A stretch of DNA of 64,000 nt from Obrimoposthia wandeli (Eukaryota), in contig CDROCS010001369.1 of NCBI GenBank assembly GCA_977020255.1, positions 248,001 to 312,000 of the forward strand, read 5' to 3'. The translations under genes and the position numbers were made by a program. How positions within the stretch are numbered: the first letter of the stretch is position 1; each line of letters begins with the position of its first letter. Below, one piece after another: positions 1 to 12,845 of this stretch. The notes below the pieces were generated by a model that did not search any database, was not told the DNA's origin, and saw only the letters and a list, made by a program, of their open reading frames with translations.

Positions 1-1149
1 TTATATTAAAAAAGTATATTCTTTGTAATATTGAAACATGTACTAACATGATGAATATGAGGTAAGTCCTGGATCAACTGCATCCAAGCATAGTTGAATC
101 CGGTCGGGTCTGAGGGAGAACTGCAACGAAACAACCATAAGTGGAAAGTACCTTTACACTCAGAGGTGGTTGAGTTCGTATACAAGCTTCACTATCGGCA
201 TTCTTATTCTGGGTTTCAGGTAGCTCACTCGATAGTCGGGTCATGGAGCAACCCATTTCAGTTGATTTTTCTAGGATCTCTATCTTAAAGTGGAAATTAC
301 GATCAATTTCCCATTGATCCTGATATTTAAATTGTCACAATTATAATTTCACATGTCATAATTTCTCCATGTTAACTCTTACTCTTATAATTTCAATATT
401 AATTTTGATACTTCTTTAATCTGAGCTCTTCAAAATATTTCCATTAAAATAGATATTTATAATGTATATTTTAGTCAAAATTTAATCCTATTTACTATGA
501 AGTGTTCAAAAATAGATACAATCAGTCAAAACCACGGCCAAGAAATGAGATTTGTTTTTTTAAAAATTATACATTTTTTTCAATTTTTAATGAAATTTTA
601 AAATTATTTTTATAACTGGTTTTATTTAAGTATTCATAATAAATATAAATATCTTAGTATAAAAAGTACAATGACTTGTCAGCGTTGCAGAAAATATAAA
701 TTATAAAATTTATTATAAAAGGAAATACCGAAAGAAACCCTGCTGAAAATGTGATATTAGTAAAGGTACAGTGAACAATATCCGAAAGTTTCTGCATAAT
801 TTCTGTAGTTTGTGTTCGATGGTGATACGAGCCGGAAATTTTAAAAATGAAAAAATGCTGATAATTCCAGGTTTGTGCGATCGAATCACCGGAAATAAAT
901 AATATTTATAAATCAAAGTTTGGAAATCTTTGGCCAAACATCGACCACAACTTGCTTGAAAGATTTCAGTTCGATCGGAGTCATATTACTCAGCAAAATA
1001 ATTAATTTGAATATCGGCTGGAAAAGATGACGTCTTGATTATCAGTGAATTTTGTTATATCAAGAAATATCCAAATTGGTAGCAGAGAGATCACAAAGAG
1101 CACAATTTTAACAATCTTTATAGTTTACCAAGTCTAAAAACCTTTAAAA

Positions 1150-2450
1150 CACCTTTGATGTGATTGGGAAGACAATGGGATAATTATACAAATGCCACAC
1201 TGTGAATTTTTTATAAAGATCTTATCTATGTGAATGAATTGTGATCTGATTCAAAACTAATGAAAGATGATGATGTCTATGAAAAATTGAAAAGATATTG
1301 TGGCTAGAAGTGGAATCCCTAATGTTAAATTGTCCAGGATAAAAAGTTAAGGTGAAGTTTTTTCGTTTCAAGCTGAGATCGCTCACTCGATGAGATTGAT
1401 TTTGTTCCGACAATGAAATGTTACATCAAGAAATATCCAGTTGTATACATTGAACATAGTGAATACTCCTGACATAGACTACAGTATCAAATATGTCACA
1501 TGATGCATCCACAAACACATGTACGCCTTGTTAAACAAATTTTGTTTTCACAATACAGCTAGATATTCTTACTTTTTGCTACTTCCAGATTGTGTAATCC
1601 AAGACTAAATATTTCTATCCAATGGATCTTTAATAACTTTATACCAATACATTCCATATATCCAATTATTTTGTATCAGAACTTTATCGCACATTATAAA
1701 TGGAATGAAGTGATCAAAGATAGTAGATCATATACTAAATGTTGCCTTTCAGACATATTCTGACAATTTATTTTACTTTTGAATGTAAAATATACATATA
1801 CAGCATTATTTCATTCCCAACGTTCTTATTTCTTTAATTTAATTTTGCATTTGCAATATTCTTGCTTGATCGTACAACGGAATCGTATCATTTACTTTTT
1901 TACTGTTGGATATACCTTTTTCAGTTTTATTCCCGCTCTTTCCTAATCTTCTGTATATTCTTGTTGCGTATTATTATTAGTTTATGTTATTATTTTGCAT
2001 TTTCATGCACCACCATTGATGACAAACATTGAGAAACATTTATGCCAAATATGACAGTACCTTTGTCCAAATCACAAAAATCTCAACCATGGTCAATCTA
2101 TTTCATAAATTTTTAAATCTTTGACACATAACCTACCAACGCAATAATCTCTAAATATAGGTGTCTTAGTCAAGTCATTTAATAATTTTAACCAACAATG
2201 AATCATGTCAATCAAACAATTTACAAAACTAGTCGCTGTTCCGTCAAAAAATTTGAACCTTGGTTGTTTCTTTCTCAACATATTACAGGGCAATGTGGTA
2301 TATAACTTTAGGAACCCTTTTTTGTTAACTTTTCATCACCTTTTCTTCATTTACCTTTAATTACTTTTAAATATTTCTTCGCGAAAATTATTCTGAAACC
2401 TTTACATTATTACCCTGACTTGTTTCATACGTGTTTCTTTTTGGATATGC
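1150..2450 (-). mobile_element. Decayed BEL/Pao LTR retrotransposon pol (RT + Pao RNase H region)
   Basis: Manual minus-strand translation gives Pao-type motifs in the expected order, with many stops and shifts: YIPHCPV (YLPHHPV, ~2284-2304), RFKFFDG (RxVFDA), LRFL*, VIFGINVS (RVPFGxxSS), YDLLSLITSF (YDPLGLxSP), KVLIQNNW..MYW (KxLxQxLW...W) and HVFVDAS..TVVYVR (~1502-1525). Confidence 0.8.
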
Positions 2451-3739
2451 TAATTTAGTATAATTCAGGATAAACCAAGTGGTGTAAAAATACTCGATAT
2501 CGTATATTTTGGATGAAAAAGAAGTGTATAGATTTTTCCACGATTAAAGTCATTTCAAATAGCTTTCATTGCAAATAAATTGGTTAAATAAAATCAACAA
2601 ATCGATATAGGCCTTCAAACATTATTAAGAACATTTAGTAGACAATTCAATGAACGTGACTAAATGAATTAATACACATTTATCACCATTCAGATTTCAT
2701 TAAATGTATAATAATTGTTTTATAATTCAATAAATACTTCCAAGCACAAATAAACACTATTTAAATATAATAAAGAAAATTTATTAATATTTATGTGCAT
2801 TCATAAAAATCTGATTATAAAAATTAAATTTAAACAAACAATAGATTTATAATTAAGTGTAAATTTTTATAAAAAGTTAAAGGTGAGATCAATTTTGATA
2901 TGCTTTATGTTCCAGAGTCCGATCGATGGAGATCCTAAATAAAAAAGGGTAATTTAAAGTAGAAAATATTACATACATAAAAATATAAGTTTGTAAAAAT
3001 GTCATAAAGGTCAAGGTCACAAAAAACAATTCAGCTATTACTTACTTTTTTGAGTTTTATTAAAAGCACTTTACATACGCAGAAAAATCAGATCAAAACA
3101 ATTAAATTAATCATATATGTGTTAGGATTAGGATTTGATAAATTTTAAATAATTAATCTAATTTATATCAAAATAAAATCCTTGAAAGCAAGGTTATAAA
3201 TTAAATAAAATTTATATTGTTAAATTAAAATTGATGAAATTAAAAAGTAAAATTAAATATTAAAGACCACGAAGGTCATGTATAGTGCGTAAGTATATAT
3301 AGGAGTTTAAATTATTATTAAGGGCCCAAAAAAGATATAGCTCAGAAGTACAAGAAAGAAGATTAATTAGAAATTGAAGAAGATAAATCAATTAAGAAGA
3401 TTTAAAGAAAAGAAGAAGCATTTAATTCATATCGCCTCCCATCGGAAGTTATCGTCAAGTAGAGAGAAGGGCCGCCTCGAATCCAGACGAGAAATTGGGA
3501 CTAAGTGCACGGTAAACAAATTTAAGTGCTTATTTCATTAACTCTAATTCGGAATTCAGGAAGCACAGACAGAAACCACTTAGTCGACGAAGCAGGCGAC
3601 TGTCATACAAGAATTCGGGCAACAGCGATATCCGCTGAGAAAGACAGCCGTAAACAGTAAGCAAATATTAGTTAAGTGCTTTATTTAATTACTACAGGAA
3701 AAAATTATAAAATCGAATTGAGAATCGGCGCGAGACAGA

Positions 3740-4090
3740 AAGATTGACAAAGCTAAAAGAAGGTTGATAACAAACTAAGAGAAAATTGACAGAAATAAAA
3801 GAAGGTTGATAAAAAACTAAAAGAAAGATTGACAAAGCTAAAAGAAGGTTGATAACAAACTAAGAGAAAATTGACAGAAATAAAAGAAGGTTGATAAAAA
3901 ACTAAAAAGAAAGATTGACAAAGCTAAAAAGAAGGTTGATAACAAACTAAGAGAAAATTGACAGAAATAAAGAAGGTTGATAAAAAACTAAAAGAAAGAT
4001 TGACACAAAACTAACAGAAGATTGATAAACTTAAAAGTAGATTGATAAACGAAAAGAAGATTGACAACACAAAAAGAAAAATTGACAAAA
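3740..4090. repeat. Tandem array inside LTR (~21-bp monomers in an ~85-bp higher-order unit)
   Basis: Alternating aaagattgacaaagctaaaag / aaggttgataacaaactaaga / gaaaattgacagaaataaaag units are directly visible. Confidence 0.9.
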
Positions 4091-4346
4091 CACAGAAAAA
4101 ACAGAAGGAACCACGCTCTACTACCCCTCTCGAAATACGGAACTGAGCCAGAATCATCTACTCGGGACCACCCATCTGTTCCTGGAAGCGAGGTCGATCA
4201 AGGGACTACAGACGCACGGAATCTAACCGTGCCTGGAAGGAACAACCAACGGGAATCGCCGGACTACTCTTGTGATCTTGAAGAGAGGCTTCTCGAAAAG
4301 ATCACGGTAAGTTCAGAAAGAGAGCGTGCATAAAAATATATAAAAA

Positions 4347-4930
4347 ATTTTAAACCAAAGTAACAATTGTATTAAGTAAAATTATATTGAATTTTAAAGC
4401 GTTTTTTGTGAACAAGTTGAAAGGAATTTTAAACCAAAGTAACAATTGTATTAAGTAAAATTATATTGAATTGTTAAAGTGTTTTTGTGAACAAGTTGAA
4501 AGGAATTTTAAACCAAAGTAACAATTGTATTAAGTAAAATTATATTGAATTGTTAAAGTGTTTTTGTGAACAAGTTGAAAGGACATTTAAACCAAAGTAA
4601 CAATTGTATTAAGTAAAATTATATTGAATTTTAAAGCGTTTTTGTGAACAAGTTGAAAGGAATTTTAAACCAAAGTAACAATTGTATTAAGTAAAATTAT
4701 ATTGAATTGTTAAAGTGTTTTTGTGAATAAGTTGAAAGGAATTTTAAACCAAAGTAACAATTGTATTAAGTAAAATTATATTGAATTTTTAAAGTGTTTT
4801 GTGAACAAGTTGAAAGGAATTTTAAACCAAAGTAACAATTGTATTAAGTAAAATTATATTGAATTGTTAAAGTGTTTTTGTGAACAAGTTGAAAAGAATT
4901 TTAAGTCAAAGTAAAATTATATTCAAGTAA
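4347..4930. repeat. 79-bp tandem array (~7.5 copies) inside LTR
   Basis: Unit ttttaaaccaaagtaacaattgtattaagtaaaattatattgaattgttaaagtgtttttgtgaacaagttgaaaggaa. Confidence 0.95.
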
Positions 4931-5819
4931 AATTATATTGAGTTTTTGAAAGAAAATTAAAGTGAACTCAACTCGCATTACAGGACATTTATATTGAAAT
5001 AAAAGTAAAACAGGTGAAATTGGATAAAGTAGATTCGAAATCGAATAAAGCTAAAATTGACATCGTAAGTTTTGATTTAAAGACTCTATAAATCAGAACA
5101 AGTTGTAACCACCAGTTTATTAGAAAGACTCTATAAATTAGAGCAAGCTTTGATTTTGTGTAAACCACCAAAATACTAGGAAGACCCAAATAAACTAACT
5201 AACCCTAAATTAAAATCGATACGTGGTTCATCCCCACTTGTGTAGAGACTTACAGAAGTCTTAGGAATTTTACTACAACTTTTTAGAAAATACGTACGTA
5301 AACGTATTGTTGTTTTAGTCTAGTGTGTTAACAATAAACGATTTCCTACGTTAGAAGCATTGTTCTAAACCCTTCAGATTAAGAGACATCGAAAAACAAG
5401 CACCTTCAGATAAGCATTGAGATAGGCAAAAATATATAAAAATATATAGAGATACGCTCACTTTCTCTTTTGTTTTATTTGTGTTTATGCGTTTTGTTAA
5501 TCATGTTTGTGATATTTATTAGATTATAATTGAGTTAGAGATTGAATTTGTTAATTCAATTAGTAGCCTCGCTGCAAAAATTTGAATTGATATAGTTACG
5601 TTAATTGAAATTGATTAAAATTTGAATAAATTAATACTGATTATTCTTATTTTTGTCGCTCCTACTATTTCCGGTCTACTACTTCTCAACTACGACAAAC
5701 AAACATAACATTATGCCTTAATATGTTAGTATTAATCGACATCTAAAGATTTAAGTATTCCGAAAGGGATATATTCATTTGACCAATCAAATATATACAT
5801 TAAAATTGATTAGGAAATC

Positions 5820-6180
5820 TAATAGAAAAATCGTCCAGAATTTAAATCTATCGCCAACAGTCAAACAATTATATTATTCTTAAAGATGGTATTAAAAAAA
5901 TCAAAGTAAGAAAAGAAACATTGACTTTAAGAAGAAAACGATTGATTACAAAATTTGTATTATCAGAAAATTTAGGCTGCACAAATATCATAAATCGTTA
6001 AAACTGATCCCACATGACTGCTTTCAATTGCTTCAATAATAAAAATGTAACTTTAAGTAAAAGTAAATAGAAACAAGTTCTAAAACCTCTTCGCAGAGAC
6101 CAGATTACAGTTTTGTAGAGAGCATATAAGTTGGACAGAAAAATGAAACAATGTAAATTGGAGTGATGAGAAGAAAAAAA
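5820..6180 (+). mobile_element. Tc1-like transposase fragment (N-terminal half)
   Basis: Translation RLQFCREHISWTEK*NNVNWSDEKK matches the Tc1 RLxFAxxHxxW...WSDEKKF motif (first catalytic D). Confidence 0.75.
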
Positions 6181-6234
6181 TAAAGATAGGCACCACTATT
6201 CAATAATAAATATTCATGACAAATTTTCTGTCAA

Positions 6235-7000
6235 ATGCAGGGCCAGATGATGACGTAAGTGTAGGAGAGCAACTTTGAGTGTACAGAGGAGTGTTAAACC
6301 AGGCATGTATGAAATAAAAATCTCGGCATGTTGTGATATTGAAACTTCATTTTGAAGTGTACAATTGTAAATAAGGACATGAACTTGACATTAGCCGAGC
6401 AAGCCATATTGTACTTTAAATAACTACCCAATGAGCACGTAGTGAAAGACGTTGCACAGGTGATAAATGTCTCAAATGACTTAGCAAAATGTATGCTTGA
6501 TAGGCATATTACTTATTGTGGTACAGTCAGAAAAAAGAGAAGTATTATTCCTATAGCACTTCTTCAACAACGGAATCGTCAAATAAATTCAAATTTTTCG
6601 TTTTCACACAATCACAACCATGGTTGTCTATACCCCCCTAAAAAGAGTAAAGGATGCTATTTTGCTGTCTAAACAACATAATAACAATGAAGTGGATGTT
6701 ACACATAAAGACAAAAAACAAAATAAGTATCCCTTACAAATGAGAACTTAATCATACCAAAAAAGTCATTGTTGGCCAATGATTTTGTTTTAACATTGTA
6801 TTGGTGCTCATGCTCACATCTTACGTCATTTTTTAAACTTTCCTGCAATAAAATCAAGGAAAGTCATACAACAAAGGATATTTATAATTGATCTGGCAAA
6901 TTAACTAATAGAATACGAAGGTGAAATTATTCCTACAGCAATCCACAAGATAAAATATATAACATGTAATAATCTATTTCACAAAGAATGCTTTTCACAT
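6235..7000 (+). mobile_element. piggyBac-like transposase fragment (decayed)
   Basis: VGEQL*VYRG, KPGMYEIK, ITYCGTVRKKRSIIP and PPKKSK..ILLSKQH correspond to piggyBac VDEQL.FRG, KPxKYGIK, GTxRxNKxxIP and PKxxKxVxLLSTxH. Confidence 0.75.
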
Positions 7001-7359
7001 CGGAAAATAACCAGTAGACCTATCCTAGCTATGCCATCTGCAGACAAAACTTTATCAAATATGTTCCCTTCGAACCATTGAAGGAAAACAGTAACCAAAG
7101 TAAAACTCTGTTGGAAGAACATGAGCGAGTGTTGGTGTTTCTTATGTATAGCAGAAAGACATGACCCCTCCATCTTTGTAAAATTCCTCAACAATAAACA
7201 CATTTCAACTCCGCCTCCATGCTCAACATCACTTCATCATCCAGCTGACCCAACTGCTATGACGTCATCCAGAAGTGATACGCCAATCCCCAACAACTGT
7301 AGCTACAAATGTCAGATCAGCTGCCTCAAGGCGTGGTTACCCATTGTTCACTAGGTAAT

Positions 7360-10300
7360 TGTTGTATGGTGATAGTAGTGATGGTGGTAATGATAGTAAT
7401 AATGATAATAGTAGTGATATAATAATAATAATATATTAATTAGATAATTAGTCTAATTAACATAATTGATATGGATCAATCTAGAAGCTACTTAGTAGCA
7501 ACAATTGATGTTGTTCACAGTTTTAAATTTATATTGTTATTTTGTGATTTGAATAAATTTATGAATATTCCTAAACTACTCTTCTCAGTACAATAACTGT
7601 ACAATAACTCATCTCAGTACAATAACTCATTTAAATAACTGAAATTCAATACCTGGCGACGAGGATACTACCGAGGATATCAGAATATATCCCAATTGGT
7701 TATTATTATCGCTACTATTTTAATATTGGTATCACTGGTGTTACTATTGTTGTTTTTGTCGCCGTACAACATCAAATTATTAAATAAATTATCTTGTTAA
7801 ATAAATTATTACTAGTGCCATAAGTTTACAGCGTTTTAAAGGTTTAAGTGCGCCAACTTTAATTCTCTACACAATCTCAAAATTACACAATCTCTATATT
7901 AGTATTAGTTTAGTATTTATTATTTTCAGCGGTTTATAGTACCTAGCGTAAAATGTCTAATAAGAATAGAGGTAGTTATAATGGCAATATGCCAATGTTG
8001 GAAAAAAACCCGAAAATTGATGATTTCAGACATTTCATAAGAATGTTTGATAACTTAATTATAATTAATGGCATCAAAGAAGTACAAAAACTACCCTGTT
8101 TTTAAATTCATTGGGGAGGGATGGATTAGACATTTTGATTGGTTAAAAGAACCTAAAGATATATATACAAATGTAGTTGAGAGATTTAAGGAATACTATA
8201 ATTATAACGGATCCATCCTCATATTCAGGAAAAGATTTTTTGGCTTAAAACAGGGCATAAATGAGATCGTGTGTTGCTTAAGACGTATGTCGAATGAATG
8301 TGGTTTTGAGAACCCAACTGAGATGATGATATATATCTTTGTATTTGGGATTCATAATGATAAGTTAGCGGAAACTTTATTAGTAGAGGATCCTAGTAAA
8401 TTAAGTTTAGAATTCGCAACGAATAAGGCTAAAGCGTTTGAGAGAGCTGCATCGCATAGGGTAATAATAAACGAATGCGGTGATGGTGTGAGTGTTAATA
8501 ATGTTAATGACCCAAACGAGGATAATAATGTAAATTTATTGAAACCAAACGTATCTAAACCTTATAATAATAAACCTTATAGCAATAAACCTTATATTAG
8601 TAGACCTTATGATAAAGTTGAAGATCACACGGCGTGTTTCCATTGCGGCTCTGTCAAACATCTAGCGAATAGTTCTGACTGTAGGGCAAGGAGTGTTAAG
8701 TGCCATAAGTGTGGTAAAATAGGTCATTATGACAAGTTCTGCTCAACAAAGAAGACTATAAATATGGTAACAGAGAGGATTCTAAATGTTAAGGATTTTA
8801 AACATAAATTACCTGAATGTAAATTCAATATAAATGATAAGATACTTACGTGTGTAATTGATACATGTGCTATAGTAAACATAATGCCAGTAACGTTTTT
8901 TCCCGGATATGAGATGGAAGCCGTCCACTTTAAAATTAACTACATATAATAACCATAAATTAAACATATTAGGTTATAATACTTCTGTAGTAACATATAA
9001 AGAGAAATGTTTAAATACCAATTTTTTGGGGGTTTCAGTTAATTCAGATCAAATTTTATTAAGTGCTGAGTTATGTTGTAACCTGAGTGTCATCACACTA
9101 CCGGTGTGTTCGGTATCATTCCTGAAAGATGACAGTGTAAAGAATAACTGTATCCGGAAAAATAAGTATAAAATTAAGATAAATGAAATGGTTGAACCAA
9201 AATATTGTGCACCAAGACGTGTACCAGCTATAAAAGATGCTGTGAAAAATGACTTAAATAAATTACTTAAAGATGATATAATATAATAGATCAGTGGATA
9301 TGAATGGTGTTCTCCACTTGTACCAGTATTAGAGAAAAATGGAGATGTGAGGTTATGTGTTGATTTCTGATACCTTAATAGTGCAGTTACAAGGGAGTCA
9401 TTCCAAATGCCTTCATTCTCAGAAATAATGGTTCAGTTATTTTTTAAATGGGACGAAGTTATTTTCAATCCTAGATGCGAAAAAGAGTTACCATCAAATT
9501 CTTATGGATGAAGAGAGTAGAAATACTTAGTTTTTTGCACTCCTTTTGGTCGGTACAGGTATAAAAGACTACCTTTCGTTTAAGTTCTGCACCAGAAGTG
9601 TCTAAGAAGTACATGGAACATATTTTAAATGGCTTAAAAGGTGTGATGTGTTATGTAGACGATATTTTAATCTTTGGAAAATCACAAAAAGAACATGACA
9701 CTAATTTAAGAACAGTGTTACAACGACTAAAATTATTTAATGTTATAATAAATGAAGATACATGTGAGTATAGGAAAACAACTATAAAGTTCTTGAAACA
9801 TATGCTAACACCTAATGGAATAGAAACGGATAAACAAAAAGTATTAGCATTAAAGTCATATCCAAAACCTGAAAATCATTCGGAGTTACGCACATTCTTA
9901 GGTTTAGCGGGTTATGTAGGTCAGAAATTATGTCCACATTATGCTGAATTAACAAGAAGATTGTGAGATATGTTGAAAACAGAAGAATTTACATGGACTG
10001 AATATGTAAATAATAACTTCGAGAGGTTAAAAAGTCAGTTGACTAAAATAAGTCCATTAAAGTACTTCGATAATGAATCGCATGTAGAAGTAAGGACAAA
10101 TTCTAGTGGCTATGGGTTAGGAGCGGTGTTAATGCAGCATAATAAGCCAGTAGTATATGTATCAAGAAAATTACTTGATGTGGAAATCCGATATTCTCAG
10201 ATTGAGAAGGAATGCCTAGCTGTCTTATTCGGAGTGGAACAATTAAAGATATATCTAATAGAAATTAAATTTACTTTATCGACTGATAATATGCCACTCA

Positions 10301-10440
10301 TATTTTTATTTAAGAAGCCAATAGACAAGTCGAATACTAGAATACAGAAATGGCTTTTACGAGTGCAAGACTATACATTCGATATGTGACACATACCAGG
10401 TAGATTAAATGACATTGCAGATATTTTATCACAAAATTTA
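7360..10440 (+). mobile_element. Ty3/Gypsy retrotransposon (Mag-like), decayed; integrase and 3' LTR absent
   Basis: Candidate 5' LTR TGTTGT...CAATAC (7360-7652), then a PBS. gag runs from ATG 7953 with two CCHC-type knuckles (CFHCGSVKHLANSSDC, CHKCGKIGHYDKFC). Then protease IDTCA; RT WCSPLVPV, RLCVDF, YVDD; RNase H GLGAVLMQ, YSQIEKECLA, TDNMPL, DIADILS. Multiple shifts. Confidence 0.9.
7654..7666 (+). promoter_or_regulatory. Primer-binding site, tRNA-Ser(GCT)-type
   Basis: TGGCGACGAGGAT is complementary to the conserved 3' end (ATCCTCGTCG-CCA) of animal tRNA-Ser(GCT) and lies immediately upstream of the gag leader. Confidence 0.8.
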
Positions 10441-11285
10441 TTGTGAATTACACAAGCATTTGAGCAACATACAAAAAATTCAGAAAATCAAACGATTCGA
10501 TAAGAAAACTACTGCTAATCAGACGAGCCACGGATATGGCCAATTTTACTGACATATCTAGCACACTCGATTAACCCGCGGAATATTGAGAAAGTAAGTT
10601 TAAGTGCAACCACATAATAAGTTGATTGAACTAACCCTAATCAGGTCACTGAATAACGACAATTGTAACCAACGACACCGAAAATCACGAACATACCAAA
10701 GTAACCGCAAACAACTGAACATCAGAAGCCGACGATAATAATATACAAGTACCGTTAACCGCAAGATCCGACATCAGCGCAATTTGTTAAGGTACAGTCG
10801 AGTGAAGTATATAAGAATCAATATCAGTGTACAATTCGCATAGTTGATAAATAAGAGCTGCAGATTCGAAAAATAGCGAAACAAACTCAGTGATGAGGAC
10901 AATTAACCGAACGACGGTCTACCAAAACTTGGTACAAACACGATAATATGTTCCAGCTCCACAGACTCTACTGAAGGACTACACAGTGAGCACAACAAAA
11001 TCAGCCACACTACAAAAGGTAATACATTCACATCGCATTGCCCTCACGTAATCAACTAATGAAAATAATTAAAATCGTCATACAAAAAGAGCTAAGTTAG
11101 TGTAAGTTGATAAAATACATTTTAAAAAATTAAACCCATAACGTACTCCGTCTGACACCATTATTTCATTTATCCATGATTGAGTTCACCTACCCTATTT
11201 AGTATGTTTATTTTATTTATAAACTTTGTATTAATTTGTATAACCACTGTTGTGTGAATTGATCTGTCTGTATTCTGTAGTAGTA

Positions 11286-12845
11286 TAGTCCACGAATTAT
11301 TGAAGGTGTATTCCGTTTAAACTAAAATTTTATTACGAAAAATTAATAATATCAAAAAGTGTAAATTGAAATAAATGAAAATAGAAGTTAGGCTATAAAA
11401 TAACATTATAAAACAAAAGTATATAATTTTAAATATAAATTTATATTGATTTTATATATATAACAGCATCATTTTTGGAATTAAGAAACGAATTTTTAAA
11501 GGTCCAATATTTAATTTAAATTTGTGAGGTTTTTATTAGTAAATATTAATTTATGTAGATTTCTGATTAATTATGAATATTCAACGATATATTTCAGCCG
11601 AAAAAAAATCAAATATTCAAAATGCTATCGATGAAAAGTTAGTAACAATGAAAATTATTAAAATATTTAAAGTATCTATAAATACAGATTCTCTGATTAA
11701 AAATTGATATCAATGTGTCAGAAATGGCAAATCATGTATGTATGATCCAAAATTATTAACAAAACAAGTCAAAAAGGCAATAACAAAATTGAAAAAGATG
11801 AAATTAAGGGTAACTGCTAGACATTCTCAAAAATATTCATGAAGAACTGTCATAACGATCTTTACAAATATTCCTCAAGTCATCGGATATGTTTATGTAA
11901 AGAAATATTCCAAAAAAAATTGTATTGTCCGATTTTCAGAAAGCTGTACGTGTTACAGCAATGAAGTCTTGGTTTGGTAGTAATATATATTTCAAAACAG
12001 TTATTTATTCAGATGAATATCGGTTTTCCTTAGAAGGACCAGACTATTTTCTAAGTTGGCAATTACACCATGATGAAAATTTAACACTTAGATATTTACG
12101 TACATTTGGAGGAAGTTCTCTTATGTTATTTGGCTATATTACTTATGATGGATTAATATCTATAAAATTTATCAATGGAACTATTAATTCCGATACATAT
12201 CTATCAATGATAAATAATGAAATTATCCATGCCATTCGACAGAAACTTAGAGATAAATTTATTTGGCAGCAGGATAATGCCAGGCCACACACAGCGAAAA
12301 GGATAATAAATTATTTCATTGATAATAACATTAAAGTTCTCCCGTGGCCTCCATATAGTCCCGATCTTTCTATCATAGAAAATGTATGTAAGATACTTAA
12401 AGATATGGTTTACAATGGACCTGCTATTCAAAATAAAGATCAGTTAAAAGCACGAATAAATGAAAGTGTGGAAAAAATTAATTCTAATCCTGAACGTATC
12501 ATATCTGTCTAATGGAATTGTTGATAGAAATTTGAATGTATTAAAGAGAGATGGTTCTAATAAAAAGTAACAATAATTTTATATATCTATTGTTTTCTTA
12601 TATTGTTGTAATAAATAGATTTTTACTGTTACACCTTGAATAATTCGTGTTTTTTTAAAAACAGCTACTTTTGTGTTAATATAAATTAATAAACTAATTC
12701 AAAAGATATTTATATAAAGTGTTTGTATAATTTAAATAGTATAATGTTTAGTTTATTTATGGCATGAGAACTAATTATTTATACACATTTTTTCTGGGCT
12801 AAGATTGTATTTAAACTATTTGCACCTTCAATAATTCGCGGACTA
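11286..12845 (+). mobile_element. Full-length Tc1 (DD34E) DNA transposon, transposase disrupted
   Basis: 25-bp TIRs tagtccacgaattattgaaggtgta / tgcaccttcaataattcgcggacta (2 mismatches) flanked by TA. ORF 11925-12512 carries YSDE, QQDNARPH and WPPYSPDLSIIE, with 34 residues between D2 and E. An inner copy of the TIR motif is at 12631-12649. Confidence 0.93.

Larger units (their letters stand above)
3120..5429 (+). mobile_element. Solo, 3'-truncated LTR related to the LTR at 50020-52684
   Basis: Starts TGTTAGGATTAGG (cf. TGTTAAGATTAGG at 50020) and shares cttgaaagcaaggtt and gaccacgaaggtc. 5200-5429 is nearly identical to 52340-52570 (aaaatcgatacgtggttcatccccacttgtgtagagacttacagaagtcttaggaa...). 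Similarity stops ~115 bp before the LTR end. Confidence 0.85.

Noticed and set aside
74-288. Overlapping short ORFs at the window start
   Set aside because: No recognisable homology; context cut by the window edge.
4061-4333. 90-aa ORF in the first LTR
   Set aside because: Starts at TTG inside a tandem array; no motif; lies within a non-coding LTR.
10440-11280. Possible minus-strand LTR element leader with tRNA-Leu PBS (TGGTGTCAGA at 11151-11160)
   Set aside because: Only a 10-nt match, no CA-ending LTR boundary and no gag motifs recognised.
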